Source of the DNA: an uncultured Candidatus Peribacteria bacterium
GTDB lineage: Bacteria > Patescibacteriota > Gracilibacteria > BD1-5 > UBA2023
Reading direction: 5' to 3'
DNA length: 64,000 bases
Assembly (NCBI GenBank): GCA_964540725.1
Contig: CAZINU010000004.1
Location: 12,233-76,232 of the forward strand
Shown: positions 51,890 through 62,251 of the stretch, in pieces
How positions within the stretch are numbered: the first letter of the stretch is position 1
Layout of the letters: each line of letters starts with the position of its first letter
Program-made: the position numbers and the translations under genes
The notes under the pieces: generated by a model
What the model was told of the DNA's origin: nothing
What the model saw: the letters and a program-made list of their open reading frames with translations, nothing else
Database searches by the model: none

Positions 51890-53812
51890 ATGAAACGACT
51901 CCTGTTCCTCCTCCTTCCGACCGTCCTCCTCGCTTCCTGCGGTTCCGAACCGCCCGCTTCCGTAAAGAAACGCGTTTCCACCGTTCCCGCCGCCGTCGGC
52001 GTCGTGTCTTCGGGGGACGCCGTTTCCGCGACCGTCGTGGGCGAAAACGTTGCCGAACTGGCCTTTAAAGCGCCCGGCCGTATCGCCGAAATTCTCGTCA
52101 AAGTCGGAGACCGGGTCGAAAAAGGCCAGCTCCTCGCCCGATTGTCGAACGCCGAAGGCGCCATCCAGTCGGGCGGATACGCCGAAATCGTTTCCGGACT
52201 CTCCGACATGCGCCGTTCGGTCGAAAGCCTCTACGAAAGCCGCGCGAACATCGCGGAGGCCGACGTCGCGAACGCGAAGACCCGCGTCGCCCTCGCGGAA
52301 AAAGATTTGGAACTCGCCCGGACCAATCTCGAAAATACCCGCGCCGTCCTTTCGGGGTCGGTGGTTTCGGCGGCGGAACGCGGCATCCAAGCCGAAAAAT
52401 CGCTCGCGCTCTCGAAAACCCAGCTCGCGAACACGGAGAAGCTCCTGGACGAACAGGCGTCCTCCCTTCGGGAATGAGCGCTCGCCGCCATGGCGAACGC
52501 GTTCGTGGTCGCCCGGACAGGGCGCGATTTCGCGGATGAAATCCTCGGCGTAACCGAAACGAATCGGCATAAGAACGACGCGTACGAAACGTATCTCGGC
52601 GCAAAGAACGCCGCGACGGTCGACGCGGCGAAATCCCGGTTCGGAACCTTTGACGCCAAATATTCCCAAACCTACGATTGGTACTACGCGAACGTATCGG
52701 GGAAAGATGCCGTTTCGATGGAGACCGCGAAGGAAGGGCTCGCCCGGGCGACCGAAACGCTCCGCTCCGAACGCGAAGCCCTCCACGCCCTTCGGAACGC
52801 GTTCGAAAATACGGTCGCGGACGTGCGTGCGCTCCCGCAATCCGATCTCGATGCGCTCAAATCTAAAGCCGACGGTATTTTGTCGGGAATCGAAACGTCC
52901 ATCCTTTCGCCGAATTCCGGCGGAACCGACGGAGCGCTCCGGGCTATCGAATCGTTCGAGCGGGATCGGGAATTGAAGGTTTCCTCCTTGGAGGATTCCG
53001 TAAAACTCGCCGAAAGCGGGCTCGAACTCGCGAAAACTGGCCGAATCCTCGCCGGAAGCGACGAAAAAAAGAATCTCGACGCGCTGTCCCTCGCGGTTGA
53101 AATGAAGGCGCGCGAACTCGAACTCGCGAAGAAAGAAGCGGCCAAGGCGACGGAATCGGTCGGAACCCTCGCACGCGAAGCGGATGCGAAGGTCGCCGAA
53201 ATCGAAACGAAAATTTCCGAGGGCGCCATGGCCGGCCGCCTGGCCGTCGAAGCCGCGGCATCCGCGGAGCTCCGGGCCCCGTACTCGGGAATCGTGCTCG
53301 AACGGCGTTTCGATCCCGGTGCGGTCGTGGGCGCCGGAACCCCGGTTCTTTCGGTTTCCGAGGCGGGCGAATTGAAGGCCGCGTTCGACTTCGATTCGAA
53401 AACGACGCCCTTGTCCGAAGGCGAAGCCGTTTCGGTACGTTCCGGAAAAACCGGAAAAACCTTTACGGGCATCCTCGTTTCGGTCGCGGCGACCGATTCG
53501 CTCGAAAGCGCGAAACGGAGGGCCGAGGTCCGGATTCCTTCCGGGGAGGCCGAAATCGGCGACCGCGTAACGGTCCGTCCCGGTTCCGCCGTTCCGGCGT
53601 CGCCTTCCGGCGTCGTCGTGCCCGTTTCGAGCATCGTTACGCGATATTCCTTCCCGTCGGTCTTCGTGCTCCAGAACGGCGTCGCCAGACTGAAAACCGT
53701 CCGGATTTCCGCATCCGACGGCACGTTCGTCCAGGTTGAGGGGATTTCGGCGGGGGAAGCCGTCGTTACCGACGGGAAAGATTCGGTGCTCGACGGGGAG
53801 CGGGTGGAATAA
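51890..53812 (+). CDS. Efflux RND periplasmic adaptor (HlyD/MFP) lipoprotein with a long coiled coil
   Basis: Lipobox LLAS-C. Barrel-sandwich motif AFKAPGRIAEILVKVGDRVEKGQLLARL. Fragments are joined by TGA 52475-52477. C-terminal beta-barrel-like ...VFVLQNGVARLKTV.... TAA stop. Confidence 0.8.
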
Positions 53813-53875
53813 TTCGCGTCCGTTCGGGTCGGCGATAGTCTCCGTCATCCCGGCGTCATCCGTTTGGTTCGCCGA

Positions 53876-55189
53876 TTACTGGGCGCTTTTCGGCATTTTC
53901 CGAACGAGCGCGAATTCGCCCGGATTTTCCGGAACCGCGATATCCACGTCGAAGCTGCCGCCGTGCGCGCAGTCGCGGTTTTCCCCGTCCGGCCCGACGA
54001 TGCGGCCGAGCGTGAATTCGAAGTCGCGGTCGGGGTTGATGACGCGTACGCGGTCGCCCAAATCGAACCGGTTTTTCACTTCGATGCGGGCGAGCCCCGT
54101 TTTTTCGTCGTATCCGCGAACGATGCCGATGAATTCCTCTTCCTTGATTTCGGCGTTCTTTTCGAACCAGATACCCTTTTCTCCGGGATTTCCCACGAGG
54201 AATCCGGGCGTGTACCCGCGGTTGGAAATGGCGAAAATTTCGCGCGCGAGAGCGTCGGCGTCGTAGTTCTCGCCCTTTTCGAGCGCGTCCATGGCTTTTC
54301 GGTACGCCCGGCCGACCCCGGCCAGGTAGTTGACGGTCTTCGACCGGCCTTCGACCTTGAACGAAATCACGCCCGCTTCCGCGAGTTCGGGCAGGTACGA
54401 AATCAGGCAGATGTCCCGGCTGTTCATGATGTACGTTCCGTACTCATCCTCGTCGATCGGCATGATGTCGCCGGGACGCTCCCGTTCTTCGAGGTAGAAT
54501 TCGCCCTTTAGGGGTACGTATTCCTCCGGGCGTCCGGTAGAATCGTAGAGGTCGTCGTCGGTAACGTCGCGCTTGAAAACCTTGTATTCCCATCGGCACG
54601 AATGGGCGCAGGTTCCCTGGTTGGGGTCGCGGTGGGAGAAATAGTTGGAGAGCAGGCACCTTCCGGAATACGCCATGCAGATGGCGCCGTGCACGAAGAA
54701 TTCGAGCTCCACGTCCGGACATTCCGAACGGATTTCCCGAACTTCCCGGAGGGAAAGTTCGCGCGAGAGGATGACGCGGGCAATGCCCAGGCGTTTCCAG
54801 AATTTCACCTGGGCCCAGTTGGTATTGTTCGCTTGTACCGAAAGGTGGATTTCGGCGCTCGGGTACTCTTGGCGCACGAGGTCGATGAGGCCGGGGTCGC
54901 TCATAATGTAGGCGTCCGGCTTCAGCGCCTCCATCTTGGCGAAGGCGGCCATGAAGGGTTTTATTTTCGCGTTGTGCGCGTAGATGTTGGCGGTGAAGTA
55001 GATCTTCACGCCCCGTTCGCGACAGTACCGCACGCCCTCTTCGAGCGACTCCCAGGTGAACTGGTTTTCTCGGGCCCGGAGCGAGAACATGGGAACGCCC
55101 GCGTACACGGCGTCGGCACCGTACGCGACGGCGTATTTGAGCTTCTCGAGATTTCCGGCCGGAAGCAGGAGTTCGTACTTCTTCGACAT
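53876..55189 (-). CDS. Peptidase U32 family protein
   Basis: U32 signature ELEFFVHGAICMAYSGRCLLS. ATG 55189. TAA stop. Confidence 0.85.
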   Translation of the reverse strand: MSKKYELLLPAGNLEKLKYAVAYGADAVYAGVPMFSLRARENQFTWESLEEGVRYCRERGVKIYFTANIYAHNAKIKPFMAAFAKMEALKPDAYIMSDPGLIDLVRQEYPSAEIHLSVQANNTNWAQVKFWKRLGIARVILSRELSLREVREIRSECPDVELEFFVHGAICMAYSGRCLLSNYFSHRDPNQGTCAHSCRWEYKVFKRDVTDDDLYDSTGRPEEYVPLKGEFYLEERERPGDIMPIDEDEYGTYIMNSRDICLISYLPELAEAGVISFKVEGRSKTVNYLAGVGRAYRKAMDALEKGENYDADALAREIFAISNRGYTPGFLVGNPGEKGIWFEKNAEIKEEEFIGIVRGYDEKTGLARIEVKNRFDLGDRVRVINPDRDFEFTLGRIVGPDGENRDCAHGGSFDVDIAVPENPGEFALVRKMPKSAQ

Positions 55190-55305
55190 ATTCGAAAGGG
55201 TTGAGGACCGGCGGAGTATATCGAAAAACGGAAAAATGGGAATTTGACAAACACCTTTCCGTGAGTACCGTCGATTTCGGTTCAATTTCAAAGGAGGGAA
55301 CCGAG

Positions 55306-55683
55306 ATGGAAACTCTTTCGCAGTTATGGGTGCTTGCCGGGTACGTTCTCGCGTCCGGATTGGCCTTTACGCTCGCGTCCGTCGCGCGTTTTTCCCGTTG
55401 GGGTCCCCTTGGGGATTTGGCGCCGTTCGTCGCGGCTTCGGCTGTTTCGCTCGCCATTTTCTCGGCTTTGCCGCTCGGAACGGTCGGAACGGCGTACGGC
55501 CTCATCGGTATCGTCATAGCGATTCTCACGTACCGTTTCGCTCTTCGGGAAAAAGAAGTTGCCGACCTTTCCGCCGGTATCGTCATAGCCCTGTGCGTTC
55601 CGTTCATGTGGGGAGGCATTGCGGCTTTTTTCGCACTGTTCGAGTCGAATGACGCGTTCCGTGAGTGGTGGGCGGCCTCCTGA
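55306..55683 (+). CDS. Small 4-TM membrane protein; 3' end unresolved under code 25
   Basis: AGGAGG lies 8 nt upstream of ATG 55306. The sequence has convincing hydrophobic helices. The only nearby in-frame terminator is TGA 55681-55683, and the next TAA/TAG in frame is at 56500-56502. Confidence 0.45.
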   Translation: METLSQLWVLAGYVLASGLAFTLASVARFSRWGPLGDLAPFVAASAVSLAIFSALPLGTVGTAYGLIGIVIAILTYRFALREKEVADLSAGIVIALCVPFMWGGIAAFFALFESNDAFREWWAAS

Positions 55684-55713
55684 CCGGACCGAAGGGATTA
55701 TCCACCCGAATCG

Positions 55714-55738
55714 AAAGCCTCGCAAAGCGGGGCTTTTT
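55714..55738. terminator. Intrinsic terminator hairpin between convergent genes
   Basis: aaa-gcctcgc-aaa-gcggggc-ttttt (one G.U pair), 31 nt after TGA 55681 and 13 nt beyond the pth stop. Confidence 0.5.
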
Positions 55739-55750
55739 CCATTTGATTGC

Positions 55751-56299
55751 CTATGCTCCGCCCCCGCCCGAAACCCATCCGCGAATTTTTTCGCGCGCTT
55801 CCGGCAGGATTTCGCTTTCGAGCGTTCCCACTTCGTCCGGCTTGAATTTCGACAACACCCAATCGGCCGTATCGAACCGGGCGTCCCGCCCGATGCCGAT
55901 TTTGAGCCGGGCGAAATTTTCGGTGCCGAGGTGCTTCGAAATCGACTTCAGGCCGTTTTGTCCGCCCGACGAGCCTTTTTCGCGAAATCGGATTTTTCCG
56001 AACTCCATATCGATATCGTCGGAAACGGCGAGCACGTCCGTTTCGGCGTCGAGCTTGTAGAACGCCATGAATGGCGCGACGGCCTCGCCCGAGAGGTTCA
56101 TGTAGGTGAGGGGTTTCATGCAGAAAACCCGTTCGCCCCCGACCGTTCCTTCCGAGAGGAGGCATTTGAATTTCGGCGCGTCCGAAAAATCGGAAAACCC
56201 GTTCGCGCTCGCGAACGATTCGACGGCGAGGAATCCGGCGTTGTGCCGGGTGTTCCGGTACTCGTTTCCCGGATTTCAGAGTCAGACGACGAGTTTCAT
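55751..56299 (-). CDS. pth: Peptidyl-tRNA hydrolase
   Basis: [23 protein letters not shown], with both bracketed Gly encoded by TGA (56282-84, 56276-78). Joins ORF 55751..56119 in frame to give 182 aa. Confidence 0.9.
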
Positions 56300-56737
56300 G
56301 TTTTTCGGAAGGGCGTTCGGAATCGGGGGCGGGGGGCGTTCGTCGGACTTTCGCGGACGACCGACGTCGATGGCGGGAATTGCGCGAAGTATACCCGGAG
56401 GGTCCGAAAAATCGACCACGTCGGAAGACGAATTCGCTTGACAAAATTCGACCGTTGCCGATGATTCTCGGAAATTCCTGATCCAGCACCTTATGAACGT
56501 AGCAACTTCGGCCGCTAACGATCCGAACATACAACCGACCGTCTCGACCATGGCGTTCTTTCCGTTCGGTTTTCAAAAGGCCTGGTTCGACGCGTACTTC
56601 GCCGCCATGCAAGGAAACGGGTGCCACGAGGCGTTCCGTCGCCGAAGTTCGGAGGCTTCGGATCTTTCCGAGCCGTGCGACCATCGCGTCTATTCCGTCG
56701 ATTTTCAGCACCATCGCGTAACGGAAGTTCGCGCCGC

Positions 56738-57337
56738 TTAGTCGCCTTTCTTCAGGTAGTCCCGCCGGAACGTTTCGAGATTCCGAAGGCGGACGTCTTC
56801 CCGTTCTTTCCGCGCGGTTTCGGTGCGGTACGAGAAATTCGCGAGGAGTTTTTCCGCGAGCGAGAGCCAGGTCGATTCGTTGAAGGGGATTTTCGAAATC
56901 GTCTGGAGTTCGCGCCAAACGCGGTCCATGTTCATAAAACAGTCGGGTCGTCCCAGATTGTCGAGGTCGGCGTCTTGGATGATTTGTTCGAGAATGTCCG
57001 AGGGCGTCGAGAAGACGATGGTTGCCAAAATAATGCGGCGCACCCGGGCGATCCGCTCTTCCGGAAATTCCTGTTCGCGGAGGAAGTCTTCCGCCAATTT
57101 CGCCCCTACCGTTTCGTTTTTCGGATACACGGAGGTGAATCCGGTATCGTGAAAAATCGCGGCGATGAGCAAATCGGTCTTCGCTTCGCCGGTGATGCCC
57201 TCCATGTCCGCGAGGTACGCGGAGCGGGAATAGACGCCGAGCGTGTGTTCGACGTTATGGTACGGGTAGTGGTCGACCTTGTCCAGGAGCCGGAGCGCGT
57301 GGAGGCGGGCCCTCGAGAGGATGGCTTGATCCGTCAT
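56738..57337 (-). CDS. HD-domain phosphohydrolase
   Basis: HNVEHTLGV...AAIFHDTGF motifs. TAA stop. Confidence 0.8.
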   Translation of the reverse strand: MTDQAILSRARLHALRLLDKVDHYPYHNVEHTLGVYSRSAYLADMEGITGEAKTDLLIAAIFHDTGFTSVYPKNETVGAKLAEDFLREQEFPEERIARVRRIILATIVFSTPSDILEQIIQDADLDNLGRPDCFMNMDRVWRELQTISKIPFNESTWLSLAEKLLANFSYRTETARKEREDVRLRNLETFRRDYLKKGD

Positions 57338-57415
57338 TTCGAAATGGGCGGAAGACGCGAATGGAAGCGTTAGGGGGCATTGTATTCCCGTTCCCCCGAC
57401 GATGCAAACCTTTTT

Positions 57416-57443
57416 TTGACATCCCCCGCTTTTTTCCTATCAT
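57416..57443 (+). promoter_or_regulatory. Sigma70-like promoter candidate
   Basis: TTGACA (57416-21), 16-nt spacer, TATCAT (57438-43), about 60 nt upstream of lysS. Confidence 0.4.
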
Positions 57444-57503
57444 TACCCGTGTTTTCCCTTCGGGGAGCCAAAAATCCAATACTGAAAAATTTTCCGTCTG
57501 CCT

Positions 57504-59084
57504 ATGTCAGAACCGACCGCTTCCGACGAATTTTCCGTCCGCCTTGCCCGCCTTGCCAAAATCCGTTCCCTCGGAATCCCTGCATACCCGGCTTCGTTCG
57601 GGAAGACCCACGCCGCCCTTCAAATCCTCTCCGAATCCGAGGGGCGCGATTTCCGCGCCGCCGAGGACGTGATTGCCAACCCCGCGAAAGACGTTTCCGT
57701 TGCCGGCCGCATCGTGCTCTTCCGGTCGTTCGGAAAGATCGCGTTCGCCACGATCCAGGACGATACCGGCCGCATTCAGGTCATGTTTTCGAAAGAACGG
57801 TGCGCTCTCTGCGTAAATGGGGAAACGAAGGAATCCGTGTCGGGAGACGAAGGCGAGGTGTCCGCGTTCAAGTTCGCCGAAAAACTGCTCGATTTGGGCG
57901 ATTTCATCGGCATTCGGGGCGAAGTGTTCCGTACCCACAAGGGCGAATTGACCGTTTTCGCGACCGAATTCGAATTCCTCGGAAAGGCTCTCCGCCCGCT
58001 CCCGGAAAAGTTCCACGGGCTCGCGGACGACGAGGTGAAGTACCGGCAGCGGTACCTCGAACTCATCAGCGACGACGCCGTCATGCGCCGGTTCCGGTTT
58101 CGAAGCGACCTCGTTCGGAAGCTTCGCGAATTCTACTGGAAGGAGGGGTTCACCGAAATCGAGGGACAAGTCCTTACGAATGCCGCGACCGGCGCCGCCG
58201 CCAAGCCGTACGTCACCCATCAGGACGCCCTCGATATCGACGTGTTCCTGCGCATTTCGCACGAAATCCCCTTGAAGCTCCTGAACATCGCGGGCATGGA
58301 GAAGGTTTTCGAACTCGGCAAAGCCTTCCGGAACGAGGGACAGGACCCTTCGCACCTTCCCGAACACCTCCACCTCGAACATAACTGCAACTACTGGACG
58401 TTCCGCGACAACATGGCGTTTACCGAGAAGATGTTCGATTTCCTGTTCGACGAACTGGGCCTCGAACGCAAGCGGAAAATTCTGAACAAGGCCGGCGAAC
58501 TCGTCGACGTCGATTTCACGACCCCGTGGAAGCGCGAGGACTACATCGAGATGGTAAAGCGCGACTCCGGACTCGACGTATCGAACTACGACGACGTCGA
58601 ACGGCTCCGGGCCGACATCGCGGCGAAGGGGATCATTATCGAGGGGATTGAAAAGATGGGACTCACCACGCTCATCGACTACCTGTACAAGAAGGTTTCG
58701 CGGCCCAAAATCGTCCACCCGACCTTCCTCTACAATTACCCGATCCAACTTAAGCCATTCGCGCGCCGGAACGACGAGAACCCCCACCACGCCGACGCGT
58801 TCCAACTCGTCGTCAACGGATGGGAGCTCATCAATTCGTACAGCGAACTCGTCGATCCGGTCGACCAGGCCGAGCGCTTCGCGGCCGGCGAGAAGGCCCT
58901 TGCCGAAGGCGACGAAGAAGCGATGACCGGCGACGCGGAATTCGTTCGGGCCATGGAGTACGGCATGCCGCCCATCTCCGGATGGGGCATGGGCGTCGAC
59001 CGACTCGTCGCGCTCCTCACCGAACAGAACAACCTCCGCGACGTCGTACTGTTTCCCCTAATGCGACCGAAACATGAAGCGTAA
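57504..59084 (+). CDS. lysS: Lysyl-tRNA synthetase (class II)
   Basis: OB-fold N-domain. Class II motifs (FRNEG, ...GWGMGVDRLV...). TAA stop. Confidence 0.95.
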   Translation: MSEPTASDEFSVRLARLAKIRSLGIPAYPASFGKTHAALQILSESEGRDFRAAEDVIANPAKDVSVAGRIVLFRSFGKIAFATIQDDTGRIQVMFSKERCALCVNGETKESVSGDEGEVSAFKFAEKLLDLGDFIGIRGEVFRTHKGELTVFATEFEFLGKALRPLPEKFHGLADDEVKYRQRYLELISDDAVMRRFRFRSDLVRKLREFYWKEGFTEIEGQVLTNAATGAAAKPYVTHQDALDIDVFLRISHEIPLKLLNIAGMEKVFELGKAFRNEGQDPSHLPEHLHLEHNCNYWTFRDNMAFTEKMFDFLFDELGLERKRKILNKAGELVDVDFTTPWKREDYIEMVKRDSGLDVSNYDDVERLRADIAAKGIIIEGIEKMGLTTLIDYLYKKVSRPKIVHPTFLYNYPIQLKPFARRNDENPHHADAFQLVVNGWELINSYSELVDPVDQAERFAAGEKALAEGDEEAMTGDAEFVRAMEYGMPPISGWGMGVDRLVALLTEQNNLRDVVLFPLMRPKHEA

Positions 59085-59967
59085 ACCGTCGGGCTGAATC
59101 CTTGCGTGCAAAGTCGGATCCTCGTCCGTCGTTTCGGGTGCCGAAATCGAACGGGGGGAATGAGGGCGGTACGTCTTCCGAACGCTTTCCCCCACGATCT
59201 TGGCCGTCGCTTCGCAAGTGAACGTCATTCTGTCCCAGGGCGGGAAAGTCGCGATCGTTTCTTCCGGGGCCGTCGCGCTTGGGAAGATGAAAACCGGCTT
59301 CCGTCCCGAAGCCGACGTTCCGGAATCGGAGCTCGCCCGTCTCGCGGCCATCGGACAACCGTGGCTCATGACCGAGGTTTGGGCCCGCGCATTCGCCAAG
59401 TACGGTCGGATGGTCGGACAAATCCTATTGGTAGACGACGATATCGAAGCGCATCCCGAAAATCCGCACGACCGACGGTTCCGAGGAGAGGCCAGGGAAT
59501 CGTTTCTCCATACCGTGCATCGGCATTGGGAACACGACGACGTCGTCATTATCAACGCGAACGACCCGATGGCCGAACGCGGCGAATTGGCGCAACTCTC
59601 GAACGTTGCCGACAACGACCGCCTCTCTTGTACCGTCGCGACCGAGCTCGGTTCCGACCGTTTCGCCATGATTACGGACCGTCCGGGCGTCTTGAAGACC
59701 CCAGACAAACCGGATTCCGACCGGTATCCGGAAATCCACGTATCCACCATTCTCCACGGGGATCGGTCGAAATTCGTCCGACACGATCCGAACAAGGCCG
59801 TTCGGAGCCGCGGAGGCATGGATTCGAAGCTCGAGCAGGCAGCTTTGTTTGCTAAGGCAACTGGGAACGCCGCCTTTATTTCCGACGGATTCGACGACTG
59901 TCTCGTCGAGTATTTCCGAAACGGAAGCGGTCATCCGATCGAACGGGGGACTTTGATCATTCCGTAA
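59074..59967 (+). CDS. proB: Glutamate 5-kinase-like amino-acid kinase (no PUA domain)
   Basis: ATG 59074 overlaps the lysS end. TGA at 59095 and 59161 are read as Gly. Motifs KVGSSSV, VSSGAVALG, NANDPMAE, NDRLS, GGMDSKL. TAA stop. Confidence 0.75.
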
Positions 59968-59971
59968 TCCC

Positions 59972-60376
59972 ATGGAAACGGTTTCGAGCTATCAAAACGG
60001 CACGATCGTCCGCGTTCCGATCCATTCGGACCCGAAAGCGGCCGAGATTCGGGAGCGGACCCTCCGCGGCTACTACGCGCTCCTTCCAGTCGGTTCGGTT
60101 GGTATCGACATGCGCGGAAATACTTCTGCGCATGTCCATTCGTACGTTATCGACGGACGCGTCCATTTTCTGGACGGTAAAACCTTGGCCGTCTTTTCGA
60201 GGTTCGCCCAATCCCGGCGTTTGACGGTTTTAGCGAAACGGTTGTTCGAAAAACGGGATTACGCGTGATTGGAACGGGAGTACGGCTTCGTTCCGGGAAC
60301 GCTCGTCAGGATTGCCGATCCTTCGATGAAAAACGAGGACGTGTTTCTCGAATCCGTCCTCGCGAACATAGCCTAG
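59972..60376 (+). CDS. Hypothetical protein
   Basis: ORF 59972..60268 is extended through TGA 60266-60268 to TAG 60374-60376. Confidence 0.45.
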
Positions 60377-61086
60377 ATGCCGAAGTGCCGGAACAGCGTT
60401 TTTCGGTCGGATTCCTGTTTCCGACCTCGGTCGATCGAATTCGCCGCCGCGCCCGGATACGCCGTTACGATCGCGCCCGGAACATGGGAAACATCCCCGT
60501 CCTTTTCGAGCGCGAGGGACAAGTAGCAGTCTTCCGCCCAGAAATGGAGTCCGAGCTCGAATCGGATTCGAACGAACGGCTCAAGCCCGCCCAGGCGCCA
60601 GTAGGATGATTTTTTGCATGCGAAATTCGCGCCCCAAAAGTAGAAATGCCTCCAAGGAAGGAATTTTCCCGCATCGAAGAACCAGAACGACGCGAGATTT
60701 CCGAAGAGGTCGTCCTTGAATCGGACGGTCCCGCCCGTTGCGACCGTTTTGGACGAGTCCAGGGGCGCCGTGACGTTTTCGAGCCAATCGTCTTTCGCGA
60801 CGGAATCCCCGTCGATGCAGGCGCAAATTTCGTGTCGGGCCAATTCGAACGCCCGAATCCGCGCGAAAATCGGTCACATGCCCTCAGTCCGATGCTCGTC
60901 GACGCGGAGGCTCGATAGGCCGAGCCGTTTCCCGGCAGTTCGGGCGACTTCGGCCGTACCGTCCGAACAGTTGTGCGCGACGACGACGATTTCGTCCGGC
61001 CGGACGGTTTGCCGCGAGAGCGATTCCAGGCATTCGCCGATGCGTCCGGCCTCATTGTGGGCGATGACGAGGATGCTCCGTTCCAT
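60373..61086 (-). CDS. Glycosyltransferase family 2
   Basis: ORFs 60874..61086 and 60373..60843 share one frame and are joined by TGA 60874-60876. Motifs ILVIAHNEAGRIGECLESL and ICACIDGDS (DxD). TAG stop. Confidence 0.8.
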
Positions 61087-61089
61087 AGG

Positions 61090-61548
61090 CTATCGCAAAC
61101 GGTTCAGATCGTCCGTTGCTTTCTGGATTGCCCGAACGTTTATTCCGTCCACGTGCCCGCCATCCACCGGCATTCCGTCCACGGAATTTTGAAGATTGAC
61201 CGGATTGCCCGACTTCAGAGCGCGGGAAACGGGGCTGATTTCCGAAACGTCGAGATCCCAAAAATCAGCCGCCGTCACCTTTCCCGGGGCTTCAAGCGCT
61301 CGGTTCGACCGTTCGGAGATCCTTAATCGGAGGGTCGCGACGCTTTCGGCAATGAGAACGTGGAGGAGGATGAGCGGGGTTCCGGGGACGGCGATAAGGA
61401 AGTTTTCCACGAATCGTCTCAGATCGTCCAAATCCGGGAGGGATCAAACCCCGGCCTCGGCTGCGCGTATTTCGTTTTCTCGGAATCGAACGCAAAGCGC
61501 GTGGTTGTCGTACCGGCAGGTAACGCGTTCGGAAAAATTCGGGGACAT
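61090..61548 (-). CDS. Hypothetical protein
   Basis: ATG 61548. TGA 61444-61446 is read as Gly. TAG stop. No motif recognised. Confidence 0.45.
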
Positions 61549-61606
61549 GGTCGTAATGGTAGGATAACGAGTTTACGTTACTGGGCGGAAACGAAAAGTC
61601 AAATCC

Positions 61607-62176
61607 CTATTCCGAAATTCGGCGGACGGTCACGACTCCCGTCCGTTTCCCGTATCATCCGGAGATTCGGTCCGCGAGTTCCGATACCGGCATGCTTCGT
61701 CGATTCCGTTCGTCCGGATTGGGATCGAGGATGGCAACCGTCCCGGAAGTCCGGTCGAACGTCTCGACGAGCGAATCGTGGATCCAAACGTCGTCGGACC
61801 CCTTTTTTCCGAGGGAATACTCGATCCAAACGTCGTCCCCGGCGCCGAGGCGCCCTTCGAGCCATTCCGGAAGATCCCGTACGAACGCCCCTATCCCCTC
61901 GTGCGCCTCCGCTTCGAGGCTAAGTCCGTTTTCCCGAAAGAACGCGTTCAGTTCGGGAACGATTTCCGTCGTTGAGACGCCTTCGTCGCAGTTTTGGGCG
62001 GTCATGAAGCCGAACGGTCGCCCATAGATGTCCGCGAGCTTTTCGGGAACCTTCGCGCCGAACCGTTCGCCCAAAGCCTCCTGATCGAAGAGCCTGCCGG
62101 TTCTTCGAAACAGGACCATTTGCAGGCAGGCCATGGCGCAGAGGTAGGGTTTTTGGTAGAGGAGCGGGTAGAGCAT
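61607..62176 (-). CDS. Hypothetical protein, possible C39-like papain-fold peptidase domain
   Basis: The N-terminal YLCAMACLQMV resembles a C39 catalytic-Cys context. TGA 61655-61657 is read through to TAG 61607-61609. Confidence 0.4.
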
Positions 62177-62251
62177 ATCGAAAAAATATTTACGAACCTT
62201 CTAAATGCAAAAAGAAAGGCCCCAATGGGACCTTTCTTCGAAAAAACCTTT

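Noticed and set aside
55324-55725. 133-aa minus-strand ORF opposite the small membrane-protein ORF
   Set aside because: Its translation is Arg/Glu-rich with no hydrophobic core or motif. The plus-strand ORF has a Shine-Dalgarno sequence and clean TM helices.
56300-56737. Unassigned 440-nt stretch upstream of pth. It includes plus-strand ORF 56493..56741 (82 aa) and minus-strand frames where an L25/Ctc gene might be expected
   Set aside because: I translated all three minus frames and found nothing resembling L25. The 82-aa plus ORF has host-like codon usage, but it has no motif and overlaps the end of the convergent HD gene. Evidence is insufficient to call a feature.
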